NCBI GenBank assembly: GCA_905178155.1
Contig: CAJINV010000029.1
Coordinates: 9,911 to 62,108, forward strand
DNA length: 52,198 nt
Reading direction: 5' to 3'
Origin: Amoebophrya sp. A120
Lineage: Eukaryota > Protista > Dinoflagellata
Part shown: one piece after another, positions 13,401-25,675 of the stretch
How the letters are laid out: each line of letters begins with the position of its first letter
Position numbering within the stretch: position 1 is the stretch's first letter
The notes under the pieces: model-generated
Told to the model about the DNA's origin: nothing
Databases searched by the model: none
Seen by the model: only the letters and a program-made list of their open reading frames with translations
Made by a program: the position numbers and the translations under genes

Positions 13401-15785
13401 ATAACGACCTCCACCGCTTTTTTTCCCACCGCGAGCTGTTGTAGTAGTGCCCCCGGCAAATAAACCGGTAGCTGCGCTCGAGGAAGCTCCTGCCTCGGAA
13501 GTTCTTGGTTCTTGGTGCGGGGCCTGTTGTGTTTTTCTGTTGTGATTTTTGTTTTTTTTGCTATGTGACGATGTTGTCGTTGGTGGAGCTGCTCCGGTTA
13601 AAAATCCACTTGAGTTTTCATCTTTTTCTGCATTTAATACTGGCCCAGCATTTCCTCTCCCTCTCCGCTGCTGGTGCTCAGAAGTACAAGAACTTTGCTC
13701 ACTACTAGTGGCGAAGGCCAGCCGCGGCACGGAAGATTTATTTTGCACTTCTTTATCTAGATTAGTAAAACTAGCCTGTAAAGATGAAAGCAGATGATGC
13801 CCGCTTTGATGTTCCTTTTTTTCTCGGTCGTCCTCCGAAAACAAGCGTCGCTCTTGCTGTGGAAAATGAAAATCTTCACCGGGCCGGGTTGTAGCACTAT
13901 CTTCCCGGGGTGGCGCAAGTCGCGCTGCCAGCGCTGATGCACCACCTAAATTTCCCGCAACGTAGGAGGACGAAGATGAGGCTCCTGATGACGGGGCGAT
14001 AAGTTCTTGCATTTTTGCTTCGGTGAAAGCGGATGACCTGCCGGCCGCTCCTCCAAGAACACCTCCACCCTCCAGTAGAATTGACGCGCTGGAGGCGGAT
14101 GAGGGTCGGGAAGAAGAGGCCGTTGTGAAGATCCTGGCGCGACGACTCACACTTAATTTCGCGACAGCAGCTGCGGGGCCTACGCCCAGGAGTGATATTG
14201 CTGGAAAATCAGTAGTATCAAATGTAAAAATGTCTGGGTCTGGAAGATTCTGAGACTTGTCATGCATGTTTTGCCTGGGCCATGATGTCTGTGATGCATG
14301 CCCTCGCATCACAGATTTTTTGAGGGCCTCGCGATGCCTATTCCGCATGACAAATGCCCTCTCCGCGTAGCAAAAATTACACTCCCTTTGCTGCTCATGC
14401 AATACAGATTTTTTTGGAATCCAAATTCAGCATCACAAGTTGCATTCTTCCAGACCCAGACATTTTTACATTTGATAAGTAGTAGTAGCCCCCGTGCTGT
14501 CGTGGCCCCCTTTCCAGAAACTCCACGACCTCCACGCCTGGTCATCATTCGTGCATCTTTTGTAGCTGTTGTGCGACTGCGACCTTCTTCGCCTTTCTTC
14601 ATGTGGACGAGTCGACGCGATATCAGAAGTGGTCGTTGTAGTAACATGATCAAGCGAATAAAGTCGTGGGCCCCCGCTCGTCCACCCGCCAAGCAGACTG
14701 ACCACACCGACCAAGAAGTTGTACCACGAGGACGACCCTGGTTGTAATAGAAGCTGCTGGTGTAGTTGATGTGTAGTCGTCGGCATGGGGGTCGTGGAAA
14801 CAAGCGTACTCGAAGTGGAAGCTGCGCGTGCGTCCGCGGATAGGCTACAATCACAACTGTTCCGAAGCAGAGGTACTGCAGGTCCTCGTTCACCCACTTC
14901 AACACATTGCGAATACAATCCCGCTCCATGGTTGTGGTCCATGTTCTCCTCAAAAACCGGTGTTGTTCCACAGCAGCTATAAAGGTAGTTGTCCCCGGAA
15001 CAAAATAGAAGTTGGTCATCATCTGGCGCTATTTTGAAAAACCAACTCGGTATTTCTTGCAGAAACAGCGGCAACACCATAAGTTTGAAGAAAACACGGT
15101 AGAAAAAACAGCTGTGCTCGTTTCTCGTGCCTTGATGATTTTGCGGCGGGGGCCGGGACGTGCCAGTAAAAGATATTGTTTTCGACGCGGTCATGGTCAC
15201 GCGACGGTGGCTCCAGTTTAAAATGTTGGGGACATCACCTTCCTGTTTCCTTTCACAAACGGGAACCACACGGGTGTCAGGTTTGTCTTGGCAATGACGA
15301 CGCGTCCAGAGTACTACGTCGGCTCCTCCTTTGCGGCTTCTGCACTGGTGAGTAGAGGCAGCACGACTACACATTTGATGCGACAGAAAAGACCTGAAAG
15401 TGCAGCGGCGCCAGAAACTTGACCACAGAGGTGTTGTTCCTGTTCCTCGTCTTCTATCGAAAAATATTGATGGAATGCCCGCTTTGGTCCTCGTTTTAGC
15501 ATCGTGCAAACGGTGCGTGTGCAGCTTCGGTGCTTGACAGCTTCTGTGTCGGAAAAAACAACACCTGCTTCTCGTTCTGATTACAACCCCTCGCGTGCAC
15601 GACTCGTCCCGTCGGCGGGCTCGCTTTTTACTGCCTGGTGTCCTAGTGCTTGCAACGACCTCCATATTCTCCGCACAACTCGCGGTCCTAGTTCTTTCCC
15701 TTGGTAGTTGTCGTGTGGTGCCGACGTCGGCCACAGCGTTGTTCGTTGTCGTACTTACGCCGTGCAGCTGCGCAGAAGGCTGCAA
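4421..15785 (-). CDS. Gene 2: very large S/T/G/A-rich hypothetical protein (~1800 aa), split by 24 introner-like elements
   Basis: 11365 nt minus 24 elements (5731 nt) minus 24x5 nt = 5514 nt = 1838 codons, ending ...GKQPAPMVK*. Each junction was checked for frame. First ATG is at 15665; start uncertain. Confidence 0.85.
4473..4755. mobile_element. Introner-like element, family F
   Basis: F-type TIR; TSD CAGAA/CAGCA. Confidence 0.88.
5010..5256. mobile_element. Introner-like element, family A
   Basis: A-type TIR (TGCAAATATGTYTGGGTCTGGAA); TSD GCCCC/GTCCC. Confidence 0.9.
5312..5529. mobile_element. Introner-like element, family G
   Basis: TATCCAAGAAGAAAACTGTGTAG / CAGTTTTTATCTTGCATA; TSD GTACT perfect. 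Confidence 0.9.
6483..6743. mobile_element. Introner-like element, family A
   Basis: Degenerate A-type TIR; TSD TGGTC/CGGTG; frame restored. Confidence 0.85.
7430..7638. mobile_element. Introner-like element, family E
   Basis: TATCGCAAGAAAAAACTGTTTCACT / AGTGAAACAGTTTTTTCGTGGGATA; TSD TGTTC perfect. Confidence 0.92.
7882..8031. mobile_element. Introner-like element, family C
   Basis: TATCAAATGCAAAAGCATCGTACT / AGTACGAGACCTTTGCACTGGATA; TSD TGTTC perfect; 150 bp. Confidence 0.92.
8078..8360. mobile_element. Introner-like element, family D
   Basis: TATCCTGAGTAAAAACGTCCCCACACCAG TIR; TSD TGCAG perfect. Confidence 0.92.
8443..8678. mobile_element. Introner-like element, family H
   Basis: TATGAGAGTGCACAACTA / TAGTTGTGCACTGTCATA; TSD CTTGC/CTTGA. 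Confidence 0.9.
8727..8991. mobile_element. Introner-like element, family A
   Basis: A-type TIR; TSD GACTG perfect. Confidence 0.92.
9064..9377. mobile_element. Introner-like element, family B
   Basis: B-type TIR; TSD TGCGC perfect. Confidence 0.9.
9446..9598. mobile_element. Introner-like element, family C (inverted relative to 7882)
   Basis: C-type TIR; TSD CTGCA perfect. Confidence 0.9.
9789..10042. mobile_element. Introner-like element, family A
   Basis: A-type TIR; TSD GATCG perfect; closely similar to 5010 and 41794. Confidence 0.93.
10127..10407. mobile_element. Introner-like element, family D
   Basis: D-type TIR; TSD CGTCC/CGACC. Confidence 0.9.
10457..10724. mobile_element. Introner-like element, family A (inverted relative to 11324)
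   Basis: A-type TIR; TSD CACAC/CACAT. Confidence 0.9.
10761..10905. mobile_element. Introner-like element, family C
   Basis: C-type TIR; TSD AGACT/ACACT. Confidence 0.9.
10978..11283. mobile_element. Introner-like element, singleton family J with ~49-bp TIR
   Basis: TATGGAAGTGTCAGAATCGAAATTGATAAAATCGAAAAACTTGTGATGC and its near-perfect inverse; TSD AACGG perfect. Confidence 0.92.
11324..11588. mobile_element. Introner-like element, family A
   Basis: A-type TIR; TSD CTGTC perfect. Confidence 0.93.
11637..11876. mobile_element. Introner-like element, family H (inverted relative to 8443)
   Basis: H-type TIR; TSD GTAGG perfect. Confidence 0.92.
12051..12196. mobile_element. Introner-like element, family C
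   Basis: C-type TIR; TSD GTTCG/GCTCG. Confidence 0.9.
12240..12563. mobile_element. Introner-like element, family B
   Basis: B-type TIR; TSD TCCTT/TTCTT. Confidence 0.9.
12615..12875. mobile_element. Introner-like element, family A
   Basis: A-type TIR; TSD CCTCC/CCTTC. Confidence 0.9.
12990..13139. mobile_element. Introner-like element, family C (inverted)
   Basis: C-type TIR; TSD CAGCA perfect. Confidence 0.92.
13194..13403. mobile_element. Introner-like element, family G
   Basis: G-type TIR; TSD ACGAC perfect. Confidence 0.92.
14216..14477. mobile_element. Introner-like element, family A
   Basis: A-type TIR; TSD AGTAG perfect. Confidence 0.93.
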
Positions 15786-18104
15786 CTACTCGGTCGATAT
15801 CTTGATGCAGGGGTGAAAAAAAGTAGAAGTTCTTGCCTTGTCGTGGTCTCTAGCACCGGAAAATAAATCTTCTGCCATCGTCATCATCCTGTTCATTCAC
15901 CAGATGTGGTACTTAAGTAGAGCGCCCCGAAGATTGATCATGCGTTGAAGCCAAGCACTACTGGAGCCGACGAAACGTTTATTACAACGTGGCTGCAGCG
16001 ACTAGTACAACTTCGGCAGCGAATCGTCCTGCCTCCAGCTGCGCCCCCGCACGACGACAGCCTAACAGCGAATCTCGTCGTAATATAGTATTTGCTGTTT
16101 GATTTCTCCAATCTCTCGTGGTCGATGTTGATGTCGCCAATCGCACTCCGTCGTCCTTATTCCGTGGCTCAGCCTCTTCACCTCTTGGTCAACTCCAGGA
16201 AGATGGAAAAAAAGTGCTGGAAAAAGAACCTGATGAACCTGTGCACGAATTTGTATTGCACAAAATGCAGTCTAGTAGAAAAAGTTTGCATTTTTCATGC
16301 ATAACTCCCATCTGTGAAAGAAGTTTGAGTTAGAAGGTTTTTCATTTCATACTGTCGTAGTAAGACCTTATACCTGTCCTGGATCAGCTTCACCACTAGT
16401 TCATCAGATGATGTGGAAGAGCCAGAGTAAAAAACAGCTCACCCTCAGACATAACTCAATCATGAAGGGACGAGCACGGAAAGAAATACGCACGGGCGCA
16501 CCATTCAGTTTGTACATATTTGTAATTTTTTCGCTCAAGAAAACTCAAGCAAGTAGAAAATCAAGATGCTGACTTGAACTTGTTGTAGAAGCATAGTAAT
16601 AAAGCTTTTTTGCTATAAACAATTTCGAAACAATCTGAATACAGCAGTTTAAAAGACACAAGTAGACAGTTTGCAATTTAGTGGAACGGCCGGAGGTGAA
16701 AAAAAAACATTACGGAGTCGGCCGACGCCAACCAACGATGAGGCCAAAAAATATTTTTTTTTTTTGCAGAATTCCTGGTTTTTCGTAAGATGTGGACAGG
16801 ATCAACACGAAGACGAAAACAAGCGTCGCCGCGGTTGACAAAAAAAAACAACACCGCGGACGAAACAGATGCGCATAGAAGAAGTTGCGATCAATGTAGG
16901 TGTCGGCGCTGCGGTAAATCAAAATTGCAGCACAGAAAACGTAAGTGACGGCACTTTATTTGGAACGACGGACAAATATCAAAATACGAACAAATGATCT
17001 TTGGCGTACGTGGTCAATCTTCCATAGGCACCATTTTTCCCGATCTCAGTCTATCGGATAAGGATAAGGTCCTGTCGCTGCTGCATCTTTTGTAAATGTA
17101 AGTCAGTTTTTGTTACTACTCTTGGAGAGGAGGCAAAGTGTACGATATTGACTTTTCATTCATGTTGCTGCGTCCATTTCTTTGCGCCGATAAATACGAA
17201 CCCAATAACCCAGTTTCCATGTATCGCAGTTTGCTCAAATTCGAAATACTAATTGTAATTTGCGATTGCGGCCGCTATGGGCTATAATTACTCTAAACCG
17301 GAACTCTACTGTACGAGCGCGAGACTACCTGTAGTTTTTTCCTATGCACTGAAATTTCATGCGGTAAGGGTCAGTTATGAGAATGCCTTTCCAATTGCGA
17401 AATCCGATATTAAACAATGCAAAATTTGGCTGTAGAGCAGGCGATGCGTTGCAAGTCTTTGTCTTTGGCAGGATACAAAAAAGTTCGAGTTATGGCTGCC
17501 TTTTGTTCTCTTTGCTTTTCATTTTCACACTGTGACTCCTGTCGTAGTTGTCCCAATAACTTCGTTATTCCATACAGTACTACAAATGGAAAATTTATTC
17601 AGGTAGTAGATCACCAAGCCATAGCGACACCTACCCAGAAAATGATCAGTTCTACACACTTTAAGAAAAGCAAGTGATATAATTTTTTGACCCTGCGGGA
17701 GACCAGTCAAACTGAAAGAAGTCTAGTATTTCGTTTTCACCGAAGTAGAAACTTTACTGAATTGTGTTCGTGCTGTACTAGCAGCAGTTCAGAAAGCGGA
17801 TGTAAGTTTTGCAGACACGATCTTAATGTAGTGTACAGATTCTATTTGTTCTAAAATAGTCATGCCGGTGGTCGTCTCTCGACCGATCCAGACACAGAGG
17901 AAGAGGAAGTCAAATTCTAGCAATAATCCTTGATAAAACACGTATAAGTAAAATTCGGATGCAGGTTAACCTTAATTGAAAATGCTACCAAGGCGACCTT
18001 CGAACGAAACAAGCAGCTCCCGCCACTCTCGCAGTTTCACCTGCTAGAAATCTTGTAATGCAAAGCTACTTCCCAAAAATCTCCTCCTGCTGATTTCACT
18101 CCGG

Positions 18105-21100
18105 CTATTCCTTCTTGATGTCCTGCGTGCCGCCTGATCCTCTGCTGCTTGTGTTTCGCGTTCGCCTGGCCGCCGCGTCTGCTCCCGCCCGTGAGGATCG
18201 GCTTCGCGAGCGATACTCATCTTCATTGGATGCAGGAGCGGTCGTCGGGCCTGCTGGTCGTGTCAACATTTCTGATGTGATACTTTCGTCTTCTTGCGCA
18301 GTTCTCGTGTTTCCCCACGGCCGCACTGGCCTCCTCGCACTCCCCGCAGCTCCTGAGCTGCTGCTACCGCCGTTGTTGCACCGTCGGGGCGGCGGAGGTG
18401 GAAATCCGATGAAGACGGAAGAGTTCATTTGCGCAGCGGTGGAGGAGCTGGATTTCGATCCTCCCCTCGTTGTTGTGGATTCGTGGTTGTAAACTGTTCG
18501 TGCGCCGCTTCCACCCCCGCCGCCAGAAGACGAATTCTTCGAACTATTGCGGCTGTGCGTATCGTCAGAACTAAACCTTCTCCAAGGGATGACTGGGAGT
18601 TGTGAGGAACAGTTGGAGCCCGCATCCTCGCAAAACCGAGCGGGCGGCGAGGGTCTGAAAGGTGTTGTACGACTGCCTGTAGGCCGGTCGTCGTTAGAAG
18701 TACAGCTGCTTCTCGCAGCCGCATTTGCGGTGGTGGGAAACAATGATCCGAGAATGTTGCCGTAGGTGGTGCAAACCCGCGCCGGCGGTAAGTTCAGTGC
18801 CGGTTCTTCTGATAAATACTTTACCCGCCTCTCCCCAGAAATCTCGTCGAAGCCCGCAGAGGACGAAGAAGTGCTTGACCTGTTGCTCACGGGTGAACAA
18901 GCAACAGCAGCTGCAGCGGAAGCAGCGGCAACATTTTCTTCTGTAGCCATAGCCGTAGCCGTAGCCTTAGCCACGGCCTTCGGCGCAGCCTCAACAGCGG
19001 TCTCTGATGTTGTCAGCGGTCGCATGAGGCAGTGTTTCTGACACTGTTTGTCGCTTCCCGTGTTACTGCTTGGTTCGCTTTTCACGATGTTATTGTCGCT
19101 AGAAGAATTTTGCCCGCTATGAAATGCAAAAGCATCGTACTAGTAGTAGTAACCGCATTACAAATCTGCTAAGCATGACAAAAGGAATTTCTCATGCTGC
19201 TTTACCTTGAGAAAGAGACTCGTCATGCATAATTAGGATTACTACGAGTACGATACTTTTACACAGGATACCCGCTGCTGTTCTGGAGTTCGTCGTCTAA
19301 GTTGCTAAGAAAGGTAGCAAGGGAAGACCGGGTTCGGGAGGGTAGTTGCGCGGGCTCCGACTTAGAGCCATCGTGAAGATCATCCTCTCCTTCGTGTTGT
19401 TGCCGGTCTACTTGCTGAGAACTTGTTGCTAGCAGCTGCAGCGGAGACAACATTCTGCTGCTCGTAGTGCTACCTTGGTCCTCGCTCTTGTGACCACCTG
19501 CAGGACCAGGAGCAGCAGCAGCAGCAGCAGCGCCGCCCCGCTCCCCGTCCAGAAACAACACTACAGTCTTGTCAATGGTCCTCGTAGGCGTCGGGGGAAT
19601 TGCTGGGTCCTCGGCGACGGCTACGACATCGGGTGCGGCTGAGGGCCGTCGAGATGTTGGGGTGGAAGATGGGCGGGGAAGCAATCGGCCCTCCCCTGGT
19701 TATCAAATGTAAAAATGTCTGGGTCTGGAAACTTGTGATGCTGGGTGGCGTATCATGAGGAAGCCATGAGTGCTGGCTCAGCATGACAAAATTCTGAGCT
19801 TCTAGGTGTTGCCTATTCTGCATGACAAACTGCGTTTTTGCATGACAGGAAATTGGGGCTCTTGGGTAACCTGCATGACAGGTTTAAGAGTCATGCCGGA
19901 GAAGCATGACAAATCGCGCATTCTTCCAGACCCAGACATTTGTACATTTGATACTGGTCGTTGTCGTCCCACTGGTGCCACCGCGCCATCCTTGTTCAAC
20001 ACTCCTCCGAGCTGTAGTTCGGTCGCTTCCTTGTTCGTCGTTGTTTCGTGCTCAGCCTCAACGCTTGTCGCAGGAGCAACGACCTCCGCCACTGGAGCAG
20101 CTGCGCGAGATGAGGATGGACATGGAGTGGGTGTGGGAAAACAAGTCCCATAACTTTCTTTCTCCACCCCGCAGAAAGCGGTAATTCGTCCGTCGGAAGT
20201 ACAAGAGGAGGAAAACTGTTGTACAAACTCTCCCGGCACTCCCAGTTGCGAGATCGTGCCGGGTCTTTTCCTCACAGTCACAGCACTAGAAGACGCAGTC
20301 GTTGTTCCTACTGGTCGTGCTTTGTTTCCATCACAAGTAAGCCTCCTCGTGGTCCCGACTGGTACATTTTTCGGACTCAGTAGCGCCGCTGCCGTCCGGT
20401 CGTTCTCTGCGACTTCTTCGCCCGCAAAACCAGTACTGCAATGGGCAGCATGCGGAGGCGCTACCAGCGGTTCTAGCCGTCTGGGTGGAGAGATTTGTTG
20501 CGACGAAAAGCCGCGGTTGTTCGTGGGGGTTGTGATTAAGAACAAATCGACTGGAGTCGTGGCGCTTCTATCCTTCCTGGTTGAAATCGCCTCTTCGCGC
20601 AGTTGCACAACAGGAGTACCTGCACATGCTGCAGTAGAAGAAGAAGATGCGGTCGAGAATGAAATGTCGACGCTGTCGTGGTGGTTGTAGTACGACGTGC
20701 CGGTCTTCGTGCCTCCACTCGGAGTTTCATTTTTTCCAGCACGTGGCTCGTCCTCGTGTCCTTCGGAATAAAAAACCACTTGTTCGCCTTCACGTTCGTC
20801 TTTATTTGCTCGAAACAAGCCTGCCCTCCTCGATGAAAGAGAAGATGCTGTCGTCGCGGTCGAAGATGGGGTTGGCAAAAATTGCAGAATTTTTTCCGCC
20901 TGGTTCGCTGTTAAGCTGGCCGCGGGAACAGTGCCTCGCAGCGGCGACATTATGACAGCAGTGGTTGAGGCCCTCCCGACAGAGCTAGAGACGGAGGACG
21001 TTCTGGTATTCAATCTAGCCTGCTGGCGCGCAGTGCCGCCTGAATTGCCCGACGTGGCCGTTGTACTCGTTTCTACCGTCGATGAAGTTTCCGTCCGCGC

Positions 21101-22356
21101 AGCTGCTGGACCACCAACAACAGCAGCTACCCCCGGATGTGTGTGGTAATGCTGCCTCGACACCAGTATCCAATGCAAATATCGATCTGGGTCCTCTGGA
21201 ACCTTGTGATGCGAAAGTGTGGATATTGGTGGAATAAAGACTTCCAAATGCAGCCAAGCATGACAACTTCTTTCCAGAACGCCAGCGCTTTCTCATGCGC
21301 AGCCGCATGAGAAGCTCGTTTTTGTATGGCACAAGAGGCTGTTACTTCTTGTTTCGTCTGTCATGCAATACAGATTTCAGTTTCACAGGAAAAAAGTAAG
21401 AGCAGCACTTGTACAAGTTCGAAGTTTCCAGACACAGCAGATCGATATTTGCAATGCGTAACCGGTCTCCTTCTAGCCATCCCCCGCCTTTGGTCGGCCG
21501 CTTCGCGGTTTACTGCGGACGAGACCGTAGTAGTTGATACCGGAGAGAGCGACAGGCTAAAATCGCTTTCGTCGTCTGCGTCATTAGAATTCCCCGTGTC
21601 GATGCGCGGCGCATTGGAAATGATGTGCAGCAGCGGTGGCGGGCGGGGGATCTGCCTTCTCGCGGCCGTGGTGGTTCTCCTCTGGGAGGTGGAGGGTTGC
21701 TGTTGTTCTCCTTGAGGAGCTCCTGCCGCAGGTTGTGGTGTTGTTTTTGTATTGCCAGTTGTTGTACTTGCCGCAGCAGTGTTCATGCATGTGCTTGCAG
21801 AAGTTTGTATTGCAGAAGCTGCTTCTGTGCCCTCGTCAAGCTGCGCCATTCCTCGAACAGAAGATGACTCCGAAATTGATGTTTCCTGTACAGGTTGACA
21901 AGGAGTACGTCGCCTTGCCTCGAGCTCCTCCGATGACGCTCGCGCGGAAAAAGCCGCACTAGAAGTCGCAGCCCTACTTTTTTGCTCCGCCAGAAGTTGT
22001 TGTCGTGTTTCGGATATTTTGTTTTGCGAAGATGACGATGATCTTCCTGTGCTGTTGGCAACATGTTGATCTACTTGCTGTGCATCTTCAATTTGGGACT
22101 CCCGTATTTTTACTGGGTCAGCACCAGCAGCATGGTTGTGTGCACGTGCACCAGGCGACGGTGGTGCAGGTAGTCCGGAGGACGCCACTGCAGTCGAAGC
22201 TTCCGGTACGAGAAGCGAGAAAAAAAAGCAGAAGACGCGACCGCTACGATGAAAGGCTGCACGACAACCGAGCCGGAGCAGAAGGAACATTTTTTTCAGA
22301 ATATAAATACCAAAGACAAGAAGGGGCGGCAGAAAAAACGATTCTGTGTTTTCCAT
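18105..22356 (-). CDS. Gene 3: low-complexity protein (~1178 aa) with hydrophobic N-terminus, 3 introner-like introns
   Basis: ORFs 21361-22356, 19802-21247, 19259-19684 and 18105-19085 join in frame after removing 21167-21460, 19701-19953 and 19118-19270 (+5 nt each): 3537 nt. Confidence 0.85.
19118..19270. mobile_element. Introner-like element, family C
   Basis: C-type TIR; TSD CCCGC perfect. Confidence 0.92.
19701..19953. mobile_element. Introner-like element, family A
   Basis: A-type TIR; TSD CTGGT perfect. Confidence 0.93.
21167..21460. mobile_element. Introner-like element, family A
   Basis: A-type TIR, right end CGTA variant; TSD ACCAG/ACCGG. Confidence 0.88.
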
Positions 22357-22599
22357 AGGGACTGCCTACCGGAACTATTTCGAGCTGCTGTGCGATTAGT
22401 TGCACTGCGCCAGATGTTGCTCTCGCTTGTTTGCAGACTACAAAAAAAGGCGAGCAGAGCCAGAGCCATCGATCTGCTCCAGAACACCCACGAAAAGCGG
22501 CATTTTATCGTTTGAAGCTCACGGGTATTGAGGCTTCTCTTGTTATTGGGAACTTAGGGCGGACAGTAAAGACGGTTGAGGCCGGGTGGCGAAAAGCTT

Positions 22600-24340
22600 G
22601 AAAACTTCTGCACGTGCGCGCCAACCAGTCACACTGAGGCGACTGGCCCCATCGCAGTGAAGGCGCCCCGCCTGCTTCTGCTCTCGCGGGCGCGGCGTCG
22701 CACACATTAAAAACATTCATGCAAGCGCGCCGGCGGCTTCCTTGAGTGACGCCGTGACATTTGGCACCACGCAGCGAGCCAACAAAGTAGGCGGGCCAAA
22801 AACGCGGGGCCGGGCCGGCAAATGCGGGGCCGGCGCGCGGGCCAATCCGCAGGCACAACCAGAAAACCAATGCCGGGCGGCCCTCAGCCCGGCGCGCGGC
22901 CAGGGTGGGGATGCCGTGTCGCGACTACTTAGCAGCGGGCCCGAAGGAGATGCCGCGCGGCAGGCTCTCTCTCGGCGGGCCGTTCGCTGCCTCACCGCGC
23001 GCCGGCGGCGATACATATCGGCCGCCGGGACCAACCAAACTAACGAGGCGCGCACCAGGCTCACCGACCTCGATCCCGTGCCCTGCGTTCGTCTGTCGAC
23101 GCGCGCGCGCCCCGCGCCCATCTTTCTCGCAAATACTTCGCCCGCCAGCGCCCCGCAGTCTCCGGAGGGAAAGGCCAGGCGCAGGAGGCCAAGGCCCACG
23201 CGGTTCTCCTGGCCGCCCCCCCCGAGTCACCTGGCCGGCCTTCTGCTTCTCCGAATGAACTACCCCGGCCCCTGCAGCACAGACGCAGAATGGCCGGCCG
23301 GTCGTCGCGGCTGCTTCCCCTCACAAAAACCGAGACAATGGAAACGGGCGCTACCGCCGAGCGCCCCGGGCCGGCAGCCGGGCGGGGCCCGGCCAATCGG
23401 GGCACCACACTCGGCCAACCGCGCAGGGCTTTTGCGCTCGCCTTGCCACGCGCGCCGACCTCCTCCGAAGCTTTGCCCGTCTTCTTCTGCGGGCCACCGG
23501 GGGGGCCACGGCTTCGAACACCCGGGGGGGCTTCCACCGAGTCGGGAAAGGTCGCACGCGCGCCCCGAAGTCACACAATAAGCGAGGCCGCAAAGAATGA
23601 CTGCGCCCGGCCCGAGTCGCTCGCCCTTGTGTATGGGGGCGCCAATGCCGTCGACTGGGTCGCCGCCGCTGGCACCGCGCCGCACTTGTCCCAACTGTGT
23701 AGGGCGCTCCGCTAGTGGCCCACGCAGCAGCCGCCACCCCGCCCGCCCCCGTCCACGGCCGTTCACCCATCGAGCGCCGCAGCAGTTACATACCCGCCCG
23801 GCCGGTCGGGGCGCCACACTTATGCCACCACGCCGATAGAAGGCACTGCGCCGCAAGGGGCTGCCGCCGTCTGGGCGACCCCAACCGGGCCAGCGAACCA
23901 GGCAGCAAGCCGAGGCCGCGGAATGCCCCTGGCCTGCAAGCTAGCTACAGGCTCTTCCCTCACAACTCTGGGAGGTCGTGCGCCCTCTGGCTGCCGAACC
24001 TGGAAGGAGAAAGAAACAAGGTAGGGGCGCCGCGCGTCTGCAGCCCACTGCTGGGCAATGCCTTGCCTCCAAACCCCTCGCGCGATGTTCTTCCGTCAAC
24101 CTGCTCGGCCTGGCCGAGGCTGCCCGCCCCCCGCAGCGGGCCCGCAGGAAGGCCATCGGCCCCGCGCGCCTCCAGGCGGCTCTCTGTCTCCCGGCCGGCC
24201 TCATGGAGCGCATGCGGCCCAACCGCCGCAAGTGGCGGCCGGGCGAACTGGCCACGGGCCGAGGCGGGCCGACCCCTTTCCGTCGTTGCTGCCGGCCAAC
24301 GCTCTGTCTGGATTTTAGGGCTTTGTGATCTCCGTGCCAG
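22600..24340. other. Very GC-rich intergenic island upstream of gene 3
   Basis: Abrupt compositional shift; overlapping R/P/A/G-rich ORFs in all frames; boundaries approximate. Confidence 0.7.
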
Positions 24341-25675
24341 CTGGAGCAAAATTCGATCCAAATTTTGCGAATAGCTTCAGTCGCTAGAAGCAGCTCAGAA
24401 CACCAGGAAAAGGAGAAACACGTGTACGTTGACCTCGACGTGGCTCAACGGCACATGAAATTCACAGGAGCTCACGGCGTCAGGAATGATAGAGTACGTG
24501 ATTTTATTTGTGGTTTTCGCACGGGTTCATTTATGCAGAATAGAAATCAACAATGGCATAGATTTTTAGAGCCCCAAAATTATATATGATACATAGAACG
24601 ATTAACAAAGCCGTGTGTAACAAATCTTGAAGCGTAGTTGTAGTATGACGAAAAGATACAGGCTCCGAGAATGAAATATGGCTTTCAAGTGTAAGCAAGG
24701 GCACACGAGAATCAACTTCAGCTTCAAATATTCTTTCACGAGCCGACTACCAGAGTTGCACTAAAATAACTAAATGTGTCTTTTTTCTCTGATTCACGGC
24801 TTCATCTGTGCGAGTCTCGTGTCTATAATGGGACTTCGACTTTTGCACGGTATACGAGCGTCTCACACACGATTTTGCCGATTTCGCGTCATGGAAATTG
24901 TTAAACGAATTCCTAAACAACTACTGCATCAAACTCGTCTAGTTTGTTTCACTTATTTCAACAAGAAGAACTGAAGTACGCAATTCAAAAAATCATGGAC
25001 GTCGATGAATAGAGCCTGTGTAATTATATCAGTTGCAAAGAAGATCAAAGACGTTTCAGTGCTTTCGCAGGAGCTTCTCAACTGAAAGAAAAAAAAAAGC
25101 AAAAAGAGGCCCTGCAGGAATAGATCTGTACTAAAGACAACCCTGCTGGTTGCGCATGAGAATGGAAATCAACCAGATCATTGCGGATTTTTATACTCGG
25201 GTGAAAAAACATTTTGAATTTAGTACACTAGAGCCATGAATTCGACGAGCGTTGCAAAAGAGTCTTTACGTTTAGCAGACCAGCAGTAAATTGTGAGTTT
25301 CGCAGACAACAGAGAATAAATCTGGCAAGCATAGAAAAGAGCAACGCCTATACAGGTAAGTCGCTCCTCCTACCGGCAAGATAAAAGAATCGCTTCTCAG
25401 TCTCCTGCAAGCATTTCGGCACCGAAACGAGTACTAGGCCTTTGACTCGATCAATAGCAAGAATACGAGCGAATTATGTCGCTGGTTTCTCTTTTTCTAG
25501 TAGCAAAATTATATGCAGTCGCATCCGTATCAACCTCAACGTGTAAACTAAGAAGAAGAACTAACTTTTGATCACCTAAGAACTCAGAGATAACAAGAAA
25601 AACAAAACTCATTTCACAGCGAACTTCCAACCCACCAGAGACCACACCACAAAACCATTCTCGCGGCTCCCTAAT

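Noticed and set aside
7430-13403. CRISPR-like or integron-like array (repeats alternating with 36-84 nt unique spacers)
   Set aside because: The repeats are 145-325 bp heterogeneous TIR elements with TSDs, the spacers join into one ORF, and no cas or integrase gene is present.
16092-16333. Short protein-like plus-strand ORF and a possible decayed element end near 16290
   Set aside because: Too short, and no partner terminus or TSD was found.
22717-24374. Long overlapping ORFs in the GC-rich islands (also 36944-38424 and 49275-50943)
   Set aside because: Open in nearly all six frames because of extreme GC; R/P/A/G-dominated with no domain signal.
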